A DNA stretch of 50,158 nucleotides, from the NCBI GenBank assembly GCA_030611045.1, contig JAUWQN010000003.1, positions 1-50,158 on the forward strand, given 5' to 3'. Below the pieces are notes generated by a model. It was not told where the DNA came from, did no database searches, and saw only the letters and a list, made by a program, of their open reading frames with translations. The translations under genes and the position numbers were made by a program. Below are positions 38,802 through 49,421 of the stretch, one piece after another. How positions within the stretch are numbered: the stretch's first letter is position 1; each line of letters begins with the position of its first letter. This DNA comes from Methanosarcinales archaeon. Its GTDB lineage: Archaea > Halobacteriota > Syntropharchaeia > Alkanophagales > Methanospirareceae.

Positions 38802-39767
38802 ATGGAACTTAAAGAGATAAAGCTCAAGGATTTACATCCTGAAGATTTTATAGATGAGAAAGTCGAGGAGATCAAATCGGTTGTCGGAAGTGGTTTGGCA
38901 ATCAACGCGTTATCTGGTGGTGTTGACTCATCAGCGGTGACTCTGTTAGGTCACCGAGCGTTAGGCGATCATTTGAAGACATATTTCATTGAAAACGGCA
39001 TAATGAGGCAAGATGAGCCGCAAAGAATCGTTTCGCTCTTCGAAGCACTGGGCATACCGGTAGAGATCCTTGATGCTAAAAAGCAGTTTTTCGATGCGCT
39101 TAAAGGTCTCACTGATCCCGAAGAGAAACGAGAAGCGATTACGCAAACGTTTTACAAGGATGTTTTTGGTAAGCTGGTGAAAGAAAGCGGCTCCAAATAT
39201 CTCCTCCAGGGCACCAATTATACTGACGTAGAAGAAACGGTTGCGGGAGTTAAGAGGCAGCATAATATTCTTGAACAGTTGGGAATCGATACACAAGCGA
39301 CATACGGATATGCCGTTTTAGAGCCGTTGGTTCAACTCAGAAAGCCTGCAGTGAGAACCGTTGCAAAGGCGCTCGGCTTGCCCGAAGAGCTCTACAATAG
39401 ACCGCCCTTTCCAGGCCCTGCATTAGCCGCACGAGTAATAGGCGAAGTCACTCAGGAACGCGTAGAACTGGTGAGAAAAGCAACGCAAATCGTAGAATCG
39501 GAATTACAGAGCACCGGAGCATTCCAGTATTTAGCGATCTTGCATGAGGACAAAGTTACCGGGATGAGAGATTGGAAGCGGGATTATGGCATGCAAATAG
39601 AGGTACGCTGCTGGGAGAGCAGCGATGCAAAAACAGGATCACCAACAAGACTTCCTTACGAGACGTTAGAGCGATTAGCGGAAAGAATAACGACCGAAGT
39701 ACCTGCAGTTGTCAGTGTTACGTATAACATAACCAAAAAGCCACCGTCAACGATAGAAGTGGTTTAA
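38802..39767 (+). CDS. guaAB: GMP synthase subunit B (ATP pyrophosphatase)
   Basis: ALSGGVDS, DPEEKR, LLQGT, K.QHN, PFPGPALAAR and KPPSTIE. Confidence 0.9.
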   Translation: MELKEIKLKDLHPEDFIDEKVEEIKSVVGSGLAINALSGGVDSSAVTLLGHRALGDHLKTYFIENGIMRQDEPQRIVSLFEALGIPVEILDAKKQFFDALKGLTDPEEKREAITQTFYKDVFGKLVKESGSKYLLQGTNYTDVEETVAGVKRQHNILEQLGIDTQATYGYAVLEPLVQLRKPAVRTVAKALGLPEELYNRPPFPGPALAARVIGEVTQERVELVRKATQIVESELQSTGAFQYLAILHEDKVTGMRDWKRDYGMQIEVRCWESSDAKTGSPTRLPYETLERLAERITTEVPAVVSVTYNITKKPPSTIEVV

Positions 39768-39894
39768 TCATCATCTACTTTTGGATAGCGGTTCGGTTAT
39801 GCATTGCATGCACCAGTGCGGGGTAATGTTGCCTGAGGGGGTATTCGAACGGCCAATAAACGGTTTAATCCCGTATTTTTTTATGGAAAAACGT

Positions 39895-40287
39895 CTAATA
39901 TACAAAAGCCAGCAATTGACCCCCAACACCATTCTCAATCGCTTTTTCATGCGACATCACGCCTTTTGAAGTTGTAAGTATAAGCAGCCCAAAATCTCGT
40001 GCCGGGAGCAGTCTCTTCTCCCAATCCTCATATTCTTTCATACGGACGTAAAACCGCGGCTTTATCGCATTGCAATCGTTTATTTTACCGCGTAGCTTCA
40101 CCTTAAAAAGACCTGCTTTTCCGTCTTCAACAAATTCAAATTCATCTATATAACCTCCTTCCTTCAGTACACTCAGCACGTTCCCAATCAGCGTCGAGGC
40201 GGGTTTTATCATACATTCCATCTTCCCGACTCGCTCCGTATTCTTAATATGCGAAAGAGCATCTGCAAGCGGATCATTTAGCGACAT
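39895..40287 (-). CDS. rps8: 30S ribosomal protein S8 (uS8)
   Basis: [30 protein letters not shown] and GGQLLAFVY. Confidence 0.97.
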   Translation of the reverse strand: MSLNDPLADALSHIKNTERVGKMECMIKPASTLIGNVLSVLKEGGYIDEFEFVEDGKAGLFKVKLRGKINDCNAIKPRFYVRMKEYEDWEKRLLPARDFGLLILTTSKGVMSHEKAIENGVGGQLLAFVY

Positions 40288-40392
40288 TTTTTTCTTCTTA
40301 TCTTTTATTCTATCTATGCATATAAAAATATATGAACTTTCCACAATTTCTCTGCTTTTGGAATTTTTATTCTCTCTAAGAAACGGTTTTAG

Positions 40393-40548
40393 TTAGTTAT
40401 ACTTCCTAAATCCTACTTCCCTCGCTATCTCTCTGAAGCACTGTCTGCACATATAAATCTCATATTTACGAATCAGACCTCTCCTTCTGCCGCATCGTCT
40501 GCACGTGTTTGCACCTCTCCCAAATCTCTTCGTCCTCTCTTTTACCAT
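40393..40548 (-). CDS. rps14: 30S ribosomal protein S14 (uS14, zinc-binding), missing from the ORF track
   Basis: Manual translation: [51 protein letters not shown] (51 aa). Confidence 0.95.
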   Translation of the reverse strand: MVKERTKRFGRGANTCRRCGRRRGLIRKYEIYMCRQCFREIAREVGFRKYN

Positions 40549-40740
40549 CTTACCTCACTCTATTCTTCATTCACTATACCTCTCTCACTATAAAATATTT
40601 ATCTCCTTCTTCTATATCTTGTTTAAGTATCAGGATGCTATAAATATTTATAAGAGGCCTTCAAAATCATCCATGATTTGCCGCATCTATAAGTAGGTGT
40701 TAATAACGAATCCTTGGAGGTATCTTTGATTGCGGGGGTA

Positions 40741-42324
40741 TCATGATAAATTTAAATGATAGTTCTGGAAATAAAGTTCACCGACGAACTTTTCCATAAA
40801 GTTCTCTTCCTCTTCAAGTTTTACGTGCTCAATCATCTTCGCAGCGGTTTCGGCATCTTCTCTTTTGGTCTTTGATATTAACGCCTGCCGTGCACCTTCG
40901 ATCGCCGCATTTCCCACTTTCTCCACTTTCTCCAGTTCAATTATAGGAAGAAGTCCTATGCGCATTGCATTCTCCACGTTTATAAAGTATCCAAAAGCCC
41001 CTGCCAGATAGACGCGGTCTATCTCATCAAGTGCGACTCTGTATCGCTCCATAAGCGTTTTTATGCCGACCGCTACGGCGGTTTTCGCAAGATTCAACTG
41101 GTCAATGTCCTTCTCTGATAAACTAATCTCTTCAACTATTCTAAATTCCTTTTCAGTCCCTCTGAACTTACCTCGGCTGTCAATTATCTGTTTATCCAGA
41201 AGCTCTGCCAGCGTGTCTATCAAGCCTGAGCCGCAAACTCCTATCGGGGCCGCATCGCCGACCGTTTTATACCTGACGTTTCCATCTTCTTCTATTCGCA
41301 CCTCTTTTATCGCGCCGCTTACGCCACCTGTTCCATACGCTATGCTGCAACCCTCAAATGCGGGACCCGCTGCACAGGATGTTGCAATCAACTTATCTTT
41401 GTTTCCAAGCACGATCTCTGTGTTCGTCCCGATGTCTATCGCCATGCTTATCTTCTCGCTTTTGTACATTTCCGTCGCCAGCACGAGAGCTAAAGCATCT
41501 GCACCGACGAAACTCCCTATCAGAGGAAGCCCGTAAACCTTCACTGCAGGATTTGCCGTAAGCCCGAGTTCCTTTGCCGTTTTATGTACTGCCTCTACAC
41601 ATAGGGGTTCGTAAGGGCTCTTGCCAAGTGACTCTACGGAATAGCCAAAGAATAGATCCCTCATTACGGGATTGCCAACGACCACAATCTCATAGACTTT
41701 ACCAGGCTCTACCATAGCTGTGATCATTTCGTTCACCGCGGTTCTGATTTCTCGTTCAAGCATCTTCTGACCTTTTCTCGCGAATTCTATCCGCGAAATT
41801 ACATTATTTCCGTATTTGGTCTGTGGATTTTCTCTTGAGATGATCGAAAGCACGGCACCCGTTTCAAGGTCAATTAAATACATAGCAAGCGTGGTGGTTC
41901 CTATGTCAATAGCGACACCGTTTAATCTTCCGGTATACTCGCCTGCATCTTCTGACTCGTAAAAGACGCTTTCACCCTCTCTGTGTACAAAGGGCTCAAC
42001 AGGGATCTCCCAAAATTCGCCTGATTCTAAAATGCAGTAGGATCTTCTTGGCACTCGGACGTAAATGGGCTCCTCGTCGGTTTTTAAAATTTTTGTCTGG
42101 CAGGCAAGTCTGTGCTTATCCTCAGGTATAAACTTATGTTCTGCTTCGGTCTTACCCGAGAGCGCTCCAGATGCGCTATCAACTTCAACCAAGCATTGGC
42201 CGCACTTTCCCTCACCGCCACAGGATGCATTTATGTCTATACCCAACTCCTGCAAATAAGAAAGTATGGATTTACCTTTAACAAGTTCAGCTTCTTTTCC
42301 TGAGTCTTTGAATATAATCTTCAT
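40741..42324 (-). CDS. ATP-dependent reductive activator of corrinoid proteins (RamA/RACo, ASKHA family, N-terminal 2Fe-2S)
   Basis: CGGEGKCGQC...RLACQ, DIGTTT, FVGAD, DIGTNTE, AGPAFEG, CGSG, LAGAFG and GNAA. Confidence 0.92.
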   Translation of the reverse strand: MKIIFKDSGKEAELVKGKSILSYLQELGIDINASCGGEGKCGQCLVEVDSASGALSGKTEAEHKFIPEDKHRLACQTKILKTDEEPIYVRVPRRSYCILESGEFWEIPVEPFVHREGESVFYESEDAGEYTGRLNGVAIDIGTTTLAMYLIDLETGAVLSIISRENPQTKYGNNVISRIEFARKGQKMLEREIRTAVNEMITAMVEPGKVYEIVVVGNPVMRDLFFGYSVESLGKSPYEPLCVEAVHKTAKELGLTANPAVKVYGLPLIGSFVGADALALVLATEMYKSEKISMAIDIGTNTEIVLGNKDKLIATSCAAGPAFEGCSIAYGTGGVSGAIKEVRIEEDGNVRYKTVGDAAPIGVCGSGLIDTLAELLDKQIIDSRGKFRGTEKEFRIVEEISLSEKDIDQLNLAKTAVAVGIKTLMERYRVALDEIDRVYLAGAFGYFINVENAMRIGLLPIIELEKVEKVGNAAIEGARQALISKTKREDAETAAKMIEHVKLEEEENFMEKFVGELYFQNYHLNLS

Positions 42325-42389
42325 GATTCTTCATTGGTTTGATAAGTAAAGTAAAAATCTTAAAGCTGTTTGTATCATTATAATATCCT

Positions 42390-43031
42390 ATGGAAGGTGC
42401 GATAGTTGATGTGCTGCTCGACGTAACGAAAAAGAAAATAGAAGCTTTTTGCGAAGAGAGAGTGAACAGCGGAATGAATGCGTACGAAATCATTGAGGAT
42501 ATAACAAGGGGACTCAGGGAAATCGGGGAAGGATACAGAGAGATATATTTTGATGCAGAACTGATGGTTTCCGGTTGGAACGCAAAAAAAGCGCTGGATA
42601 TTCTAAAACCGCTCTTACAAGAAAAGAATAAGGGAGAAGGAGCGGGTGCAAAAGAAAAGTTAGGAATAATCGTTATCGGCACGGTCAAAGGTGACGTGCA
42701 CGACATAGGAAAGGAGATAGTAACGATAATGCTATCTTCCGAGGGTTTTGAGGTCATTGACCTGGGGACTGATGTAGATAAGGAAAAGTATGCAGATGCC
42801 GTTAAGGAAACCGGAGCTGATATTCTCGCACTGTCCGCCTTACTGACGACGACACGTGAGTACATGGCAGAAGTGATAGAGTATTTCAGGAGGACTGGTC
42901 TGGAGGTAAAGATACTGGTTGGCGGAGGTGCAGTCAGTTCAAGTTATGCCAACGGAATCGGTGCAGATGCCTACGGCAAAGACGCTGTTGAAGCTGTTAG
43001 GAAGGCGAAGGCGCTTTTACTTTTGGGATAG
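42390..43031 (+). CDS. Methyltransferase corrinoid (B12-binding) protein, MtbC/MttC-like
   Basis: GTVKGDVHDIGK, DLG.DV, SALLTTT, VGG and GADAYGKDA. Confidence 0.9.
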   Translation: MEGAIVDVLLDVTKKKIEAFCEERVNSGMNAYEIIEDITRGLREIGEGYREIYFDAELMVSGWNAKKALDILKPLLQEKNKGEGAGAKEKLGIIVIGTVKGDVHDIGKEIVTIMLSSEGFEVIDLGTDVDKEKYADAVKETGADILALSALLTTTREYMAEVIEYFRRTGLEVKILVGGGAVSSSYANGIGADAYGKDAVEAVRKAKALLLLG

Positions 43032-43043
43032 TTCAGGAATTGT

Positions 43044-44396
43044 TTAGCGGAACCATTGCTTATATAGCTCGTGCTTCTTCAAAACTTCCTTCGCATTTTC
43101 TCGTTCTTCTTGATGCCGTTTTAAGAAGGAGAACATAAGCTCAGCAGCCTGCGCCTTACATGCTTTACAAAGCCTTTCTCCGCTTTTGCATTCTTCAAAA
43201 ATCTCTTTTACTTGAGCGTCGTCTTCGATTAGATGAGCCATCAGAAGCTCATAAATCGTGCATTCTTCCGGGGTGCCTCCGAGATTCTTCTGCTCTTCTA
43301 CGGTCACTCTCCCTCCTGTTTTTGCTCGTTTCACTTTCTCTGCTGCTTCTTCCGGCGGTTCCGTTAGCGCTATATAGCTTTCCGGGACGCTTGAAGACAT
43401 TTTACCGCCAGTTAATCCCTGCACAAATCGGTGATACGTGGCAGCGGGCAAGAAGAAGCCGTATCCGCCGTATTCGAGCTCCACGTCCCGCACTATTTTT
43501 TCCACCCCAAGCATATGTGCATCAATATTACTCTCGGTGACGGGAGCGTGTGTAAATACATCCAAGTGCATATTATATTTCTTGGGGCTCGGGAATTCCT
43601 TCTCTATCCTTTTCGCTATCTCTTCTATTGCTCCTGGCTTAGTACGCTTCACCCGTATGCTTATATAGGGTCTCTGGTTCTTATCGAACCGCTTTTCTAC
43701 TAGGAACATCCTCATCCTCGATGCAATGTCCCGTGTCAATCTTATATGCGGGTCCTGGTCAACGCCAACGGGAATGACGGCAGGTTTGGGTCCATCATAT
43801 TCGTGAAGCTGCGGCTGCAGTATATCCGCGTTCTGCACTAATACACTTATCATGTGCGCTATGTTAACATCGCCCTGGAACCCGTAGATTGCACTGATTT
43901 CGCTGAAGTTAACTGCGGTTCCAAGTTCGAAAGCGAGATCACGCAGCTTTTTATTCTCAGATTGGAAGTATATGTGCCCCTTTTCTACGTCAAAACCTAA
44001 CGCAACGAGGCTCAGGATGTATTCGTTCAGTCCTATGTCCTTGCAGTCTCTCCATGAGACGCCTCTGACAGAATGCGACTCCATATCCGCTATACATGCA
44101 AATGCATCGCCTCCCATGCGCTGATGCCAGATAATCTCATCCATTACCATCTTACCGCCCAGATGGATTTTCCCGGACGGCATGAACCCACTCATCACTG
44201 CAAATGGACTCCGCTCAATCATCGCTCGCAGTACGTCCTCGTAACCACGATGCCCGACTATTATACCCCTTCGCATGTAGAGGTGCGGCTTCTCTATTTG
44301 GTTCAGCATATCCGTGAACTTGGAAATACCAAAATCGTCAAAGAGCCTTGTATAATCCTTTATATCTGTAACACCCCAGGGGTTTATCTCTGCCAT
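43044..44396 (-). CDS. trpS: Tryptophan--tRNA ligase
   Basis: INPWG, HLYMRRG, GFMPSGKIHLG, PVGVDQDPH and KMSSS. Confidence 0.96.
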   Translation of the reverse strand: MAEINPWGVTDIKDYTRLFDDFGISKFTDMLNQIEKPHLYMRRGIIVGHRGYEDVLRAMIERSPFAVMSGFMPSGKIHLGGKMVMDEIIWHQRMGGDAFACIADMESHSVRGVSWRDCKDIGLNEYILSLVALGFDVEKGHIYFQSENKKLRDLAFELGTAVNFSEISAIYGFQGDVNIAHMISVLVQNADILQPQLHEYDGPKPAVIPVGVDQDPHIRLTRDIASRMRMFLVEKRFDKNQRPYISIRVKRTKPGAIEEIAKRIEKEFPSPKKYNMHLDVFTHAPVTESNIDAHMLGVEKIVRDVELEYGGYGFFLPAATYHRFVQGLTGGKMSSSVPESYIALTEPPEEAAEKVKRAKTGGRVTVEEQKNLGGTPEECTIYELLMAHLIEDDAQVKEIFEECKSGERLCKACKAQAAELMFSFLKRHQEERENAKEVLKKHELYKQWFR

Positions 44397-44474
44397 CTCA
44401 CTGAACCTTCCCTCTATCTCTCTCCTCTCGTTACTTTTGATTTTGTAGTATTAAAACTTGATTTTTACACTCGC

Positions 44475-44747
44475 TCACTCTATTTTTCTCTTCACTACCA
44501 GTATATCATAATCATGTATTACCGGATTGGCAAGCAGTTTTCGACACATCTCTTCTACCTCATTCTTCACCGTTTCTTCTTCGCCACCTGATGTTTCTGG
44601 CTCTAACGCGATTCGAAATGTTTTCATTGATTTTACACTACGAACATTGTTAAACCCAAGGAGGTGCAATGCTTTCTTTGTATTCTCACCTTCCGGGTCC
44701 GCAATTCCGTGCTTCAGCTTTATTGTTACGTCTACTTCTATGGTCAT
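44475..44747 (-). CDS. purS: Phosphoribosylformylglycinamidine synthase subunit PurS
   Basis: LK.GIADPEG, LGF and MCRKLLANPVI.DY. Confidence 0.95.
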   Translation of the reverse strand: MTIEVDVTIKLKHGIADPEGENTKKALHLLGFNNVRSVKSMKTFRIALEPETSGGEEETVKNEVEEMCRKLLANPVIHDYDILVVKRKIE

Positions 44748-45008
44748 TTTACCGCAACCTAAAGATGTAAGTATAGATTTGCAATCAAGCTTTAAAAGCT
44801 TAGTTGCTGCTATCTTTTAGAAGCTCCAAATTACGTGAGTATGAAAAGAGCTCAAAATTCCATGTCTTTTGTATAGGCGATCACCATTTCTAAAAGTACT
44901 CCGATAATCTAAACCAAGAGATAAAAATGAGCTTCATGGTGATGAGATTACCGCGATTGATAAAGCAAAAGCGTGCAATTTATAACTTTTATTCCCTTAG
45001 TATACTTA

Positions 45009-45836
45009 ATGCTTGAGATAATTTACGTCAGCGTTATTGTGAGTGTGCTCTGGTTTCTCTATATTTATCAGAAGGATGTATTTGGGCCCGAACCTCTGGG
45101 TAAGATCTTGAAAGCGGTAGGCTGGGGCGCGATACCAGCAGTTCTTTTATCGTTTCTCCTTGAATCTTTTCTCTTTTTCTGGGCGGGATTATTGAGCGCA
45201 CCACTCGTTGAAGAAGCGTGTAAGGGGATTTACGTCTATCGAATGCGGAATGACCCCAAATTAGAAGGCCCTATGGACGGTCTTGTTTACGGTGCTGCCG
45301 TTGCAATAGGGTTTGAAATTGTTGAAAATCTCTTATATAGCTTCTCCGTGGAGTTTGGCTTAGAACTTGCTGCGGTACGATCTATCGCGGTGGGGCATAT
45401 TCTGTTCACCGGGCTCTTCGGTTTGATGGTGGGCGTGGCAAAGATTAAGGGGAAACGACGTATGATCGTTTACGGTTATATTGGCGCGGTATTGATGCAC
45501 TTTGCCTGGAACAGTTTGGTAAGCGTGCACTGGGCATCGTACTTCATTCTTGTTCCTGTATTCATCCTCATTCTCAAGCTGCTCGCAGATATAGCATGGA
45601 AATATGAATTAGATTTGTATATCTCACCGCGTGAAGAGATGGAGTATAAGGCACGACGGTTCATTACCGAACGTGACGGCGCATCAACCGTTGCACTGGC
45701 TGACGAACTTGGTATCGATCCACACCGAACAGCGTTGTTCATGAAGAGCATCGGCGCGAAATTTGATCGTGGGAAGAAGAAATGGTACTTGGCAGCCGCG
45801 GAGCCAGAGCAGCAGGTTACTTCAGAACAAGATTAA
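45009..45836 (+). CDS. PrsW-family intramembrane protease with a small soluble C-terminal domain
   Basis: APLVEEACK, DGLVYG..VAIGFEIVEN and HFAWN. Confidence 0.88.
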   Translation: MLEIIYVSVIVSVLWFLYIYQKDVFGPEPLGKILKAVGWGAIPAVLLSFLLESFLFFWAGLLSAPLVEEACKGIYVYRMRNDPKLEGPMDGLVYGAAVAIGFEIVENLLYSFSVEFGLELAAVRSIAVGHILFTGLFGLMVGVAKIKGKRRMIVYGYIGAVLMHFAWNSLVSVHWASYFILVPVFILILKLLADIAWKYELDLYISPREEMEYKARRFITERDGASTVALADELGIDPHRTALFMKSIGAKFDRGKKKWYLAAAEPEQQVTSEQD

Positions 45837-45971
45837 AGTGCTTTAGGGGCAAGCAAGCATTCGAGCACTGCATTTGAGCGAGCTGTACCAATTTCGTTTT
45901 ACGTCCAAACTTTTTCTGCTTTGAAGTTAGATATAGTTAGCGTAAACCTTTTCGATGAGATGAGAGACAAC

Positions 45972-48442
45972 ATGAACACATTCTCTTTGTTCAACGCGGA
46001 GATTCAGAGGGTATTAGGAGCTACCTTTTCTGTTCCCACAAAACCGCAGGAATTAAGCATCCCACTCATTTTAGAGGGTAAGGACGTGCTGCTTATAGCT
46101 CCTACGGGTTCAGGTAAGACCGAAGCTGCGGTTTTACCTATCCTGCACAGGATACTGGATTTGAAGCAGCAGAAGCAGAAGCGTGCGAAGAAAGGGTTTT
46201 ATGCGCTTTATATAACGCCGTTACGTGCGTTGAACCGTGACATGCTGTTGAGGTTAGAGCGCTGGGGTGAACAACTCGGCATTACCATAGAGGTGCGGCA
46301 TGGAGATACGAGCATGTATGCACGGCGGCGACAGGCTTTAGAGCCGCCTGATGTGCTTTCACCACGCCGGAAACGATACAGGCGATTATCCCGGGATCGC
46401 GGTTGCGTGAGCATTTAAAATCTGTGAGGCACGTGATAATAGACGAAGTGCATGAATTAGCGAATTCTAAACGCGGTGCACAGCTTGCAGTTGCGTTAGA
46501 GCGGATAGTGGAACTCGCAGGTGATTTCCAGCGAATCTGTCTCTCTGCAACGGTTGGCAATCCGGAAGACGTCGCTAAGTATTTTGAGGGTCGTGCCTCG
46601 CACTTTGTTCACGCGACCTCGAACGGTAAAATCATTGCGCTTACGCCGGACGACGTCGCGGAATCAGTAGTGATTGCAAAACGAGCACGGGACGGTAAAA
46701 TAGAGGATATTCGACTGAAAGATGGCTCATTGGACGTCTTAGCGAACCAACTGTGCGGGGTGCTTCTGGATGTTAGGGTGATCTCGGCGGATAAGCTCCG
46801 TGCATTGCTCAAACGTGCATATCCGTTCAGGAATATCTCTTTTGAGGTTTTGATGCACGTGATAGAGCAGTTAGCGGAAGAAGGCCTGGTGAAACGAGAT
46901 GGAGAAAGGATATGGCGTAGCAAAAGCACCCGGAACTATTATTATGAGAATCTCTCGATGATACCGGACGAGCGAAAGGTCGAGGTGTACGATATAGTGA
47001 CAGGTAAGCTGATCTGCATGCTGGATGAGCGTTTTGTGCTGAACTTTGCGGATCCAGGCGCGTTATTCGTGGCAAAGGGCGATACATGGCGAATAGTTGA
47101 CACGGAGCTGGATGAAGAAGGAGGAAGAGAAGGAGGAGTACGGCTCAAAGTAGAGCCGGGAGTGAAACGAGAAGGTGAGATCCCGAATTGGGAAGGCGAG
47201 GAGATACCCGTTCCGTTTGAAATCGCACAGGACGTTGGTCGCTTGAGGGCGAAAATCGCTTCTTTTCTTTCGGCTAACGGTAACATCTCGGATTTGAAAA
47301 ATGAGCTGGAGCAGGATTATGGCGTGAATGCTGATTGTTTTGATACGCTCATCGAATTGATAACAAGGCAACTTGAGAAAGGTTATCCAGTGCCAACGTC
47401 ACAGGAGATAGTTGTGGAAATCGCGGATGGGGGGCGAGAAGTGGTGCTGAACACGTGCTTTGGGCATCTGGTAAACGAGACGTTTGGAAGACTGCTCATA
47501 ACGTTGCTCGGCGCTCGACTCGGCACGGACATCTCTATGGAGATAGACCCGTATCGGATAAAACTGAAATCAAGTAGGAGGATGAAGCAAGAAGCGGTGC
47601 AGCAGACGTTAGACTCAATTGAGCCCGAGTTTGTGCGGGTACTCTTAGAGAAGACCTTGAAGAACTCATTCTTGTTCAAATGGGAATTGTTAAACGTAGC
47701 GAAACGGTTCGGTGCGCTGCGTAAGAATTTTGACCGGAAACAGATTTCCGCTGATACGCTTATAAAACTGTTTTCAGAGACGCCGATTTACGACGAGACG
47801 ATGCATAATATCTTTGCTGATAAGCTGGATGTAGAGCGAACGATAGAAGTAGTGAATAGAATAAAATCGGGCGAGCTCCATGTGTATTTCTCATCACGTG
47901 GGCTGAGCCCTGTTAGTGCTTCTGGCTATTTGGGCTGGCGCGATATCTTAGCAACTGAACGAGACGAGAGTTTGATTATCGAAGCGCTCAGAAACAGGAT
48001 AATGAATGATAGAGTGATCTTATTCTGTGTGAATTGCAAGCGCTGGGAATCGCGCAGGCGCGTAAGAACCGTTATTGAACTTGGTGCGGAATCGCTCATC
48101 TGCCCGGCCTGCAACTCACGGTTAATCGCAGCATTAAAGCCGTGGGAGAAGGACGAGATCAAGCTGGTGAAACAATCCGGCGCTCATCAGACAAATGGAG
48201 AAAAAGAGAAAGAGCGTGTGAAACGAGTGTACCGAAATGCGAATCTTGTCTTGTCACACGGTGTGCTCGCGGTGATTGCGCTTGCGGCACGTGGTGTGGG
48301 CCCTGAAGTGGCATCGCGAATAATGAGACGGTTTAACCCGTCGTTAAACGCAACGGAAACAGAAGAGGAGCATGAGTTCTACCGTTCAATCCTTGAAGAA
48401 GAGCGGAAATATGCGCGGACAAGAAGGTTCTGGGATGATTAA
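45972..48442 (+). pseudogene. lhr: Lhr-family SF2 helicase, with a frameshift and an apparent internal deletion
   Basis: APTGSGKTEAA, YITPLRALNRD, DEVH, LSATVG and a C-terminal Zn finger. One base is missing near 46358 (adding A restores LITTPET), and the second RecA domain is absent near 46586. Confidence 0.85.
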
Positions 48443-48520
48443 ATAAGGGGCCAGACCAAAGATTTTTGGATTTAACCTTTTTCTAAAAGGTGTGACTTAT
48501 CAACCCTCCCGACCAAAAAG
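48441..48520 (+). repeat. Dispersed small repeat, copy 2, with an internal AT-rich hairpin-like insert
   Basis: AAATAAGGGGCCAGACC [about 38 bp containing ACCTTTTTCTAAAAGGT] CTTATCAACCCTCCC matches 12415-12461. Confidence 0.75.
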
Positions 48521-48604
48521 ACTTGTTGCCCTTTAAGCAGGTATTCCAGTAACTATTTTATGTGATAGATCTAAATATTATCAAAAGTAGCACTGCCCGT
48601 CAAA

Positions 48605-48844
48605 ATGATGTATAAAGTTAGTATCGTAATCGAAAAGGACGAACATGGCTATTATGCCTATTGCCCGGAACTCGAAGGCTGTCAGACGCAAGGTGATACC
48701 GTAGAAGAGGTGATGGCCAATATACAGGAGGCAGTAGAACTTTATTTGGAGACGCTTTCAGAGGATGAGATACGAGTTTTCTTAAGCAAGGAAATATTGA
48801 CCACGTCCGTAGAGGTGAAAGTTGGCGAAGTTACCACGGCTTAA
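48605..48844 (+). CDS. hicB: HicB-family antitoxin (short form)
   Basis: IEKDEHGYYAYCPELEGCQTQGDTVEEVMANIQEAVELYLE. Confidence 0.92.
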   Translation: MMYKVSIVIEKDEHGYYAYCPELEGCQTQGDTVEEVMANIQEAVELYLETLSEDEIRVFLSKEILTTSVEVKVGEVTTA

Positions 48845-49028
48845 ACCGGAAGAAGCTGAGAAACTTTTGTTAAAAGCTGGGTTTGAACTGATAAGAACCA
48901 AAGGCAGCCATAGGATCTATCTTAAAGGTACAAGACGGCTAATCATTCCATTCCATCCGGGCAGGATTTTACACCCAAAGATCGTTAAGCAGGTGTTAAA
49001 AGCGGTGGAAGAAGGCGTAGAAAAATAA
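48822..49028 (+). CDS. hicA: HicA-family toxin
   Basis: KLP, LLKAGF..IRTKGSH and IPFH; TTG start with GAGGTG RBS, overlapping hicB. Confidence 0.92.
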   Translation: MAKLPRLKPEEAEKLLLKAGFELIRTKGSHRIYLKGTRRLIIPFHPGRILHPKIVKQVLKAVEEGVEK

Positions 49029-49259
49029 AAAGTGTTCCATCGGAAATTAGGTGAACAATTTCTGGAGCACGTGTATATTGTATACTAATTGTATTCGTTT
49101 GTATAAAAATGTTATTCAAGTAAGGGGCCAGACCCATCAAGCTTTCTTAGGAAGAAAGTCGGATCAAAGAAATTTATTTCTTTCCTTTATGTCGATTAAA
49201 CATTTTCTAAAGGTTCAGTTTGGCACACACCTTTTTAAAAGGCGTGATTAAAGGTTTGA

Positions 49260-49324
49260 AGCATGAGTTTTATCGATCAATCCTTGAAGAAGAAAGGAAA
49301 TATGCACGGACGAGAAGGTTCTGG
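49260..49324 (+). repeat. 65-bp direct repeat of the lhr 3' end (48369-48433)
   Basis: 58/65 identical; both copies encode HEFYRSILEEERKYARTRRFW. Confidence 0.9.
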
Positions 49325-49421
49325 CCTGAAAGAGGGAAGACCGCTTTTGATACTATAAATGAGCAAACGGCAAATGAGTACCTCAAAACGATTAAATCCC
49401 TTAACAATACTTGCGCTTCAG

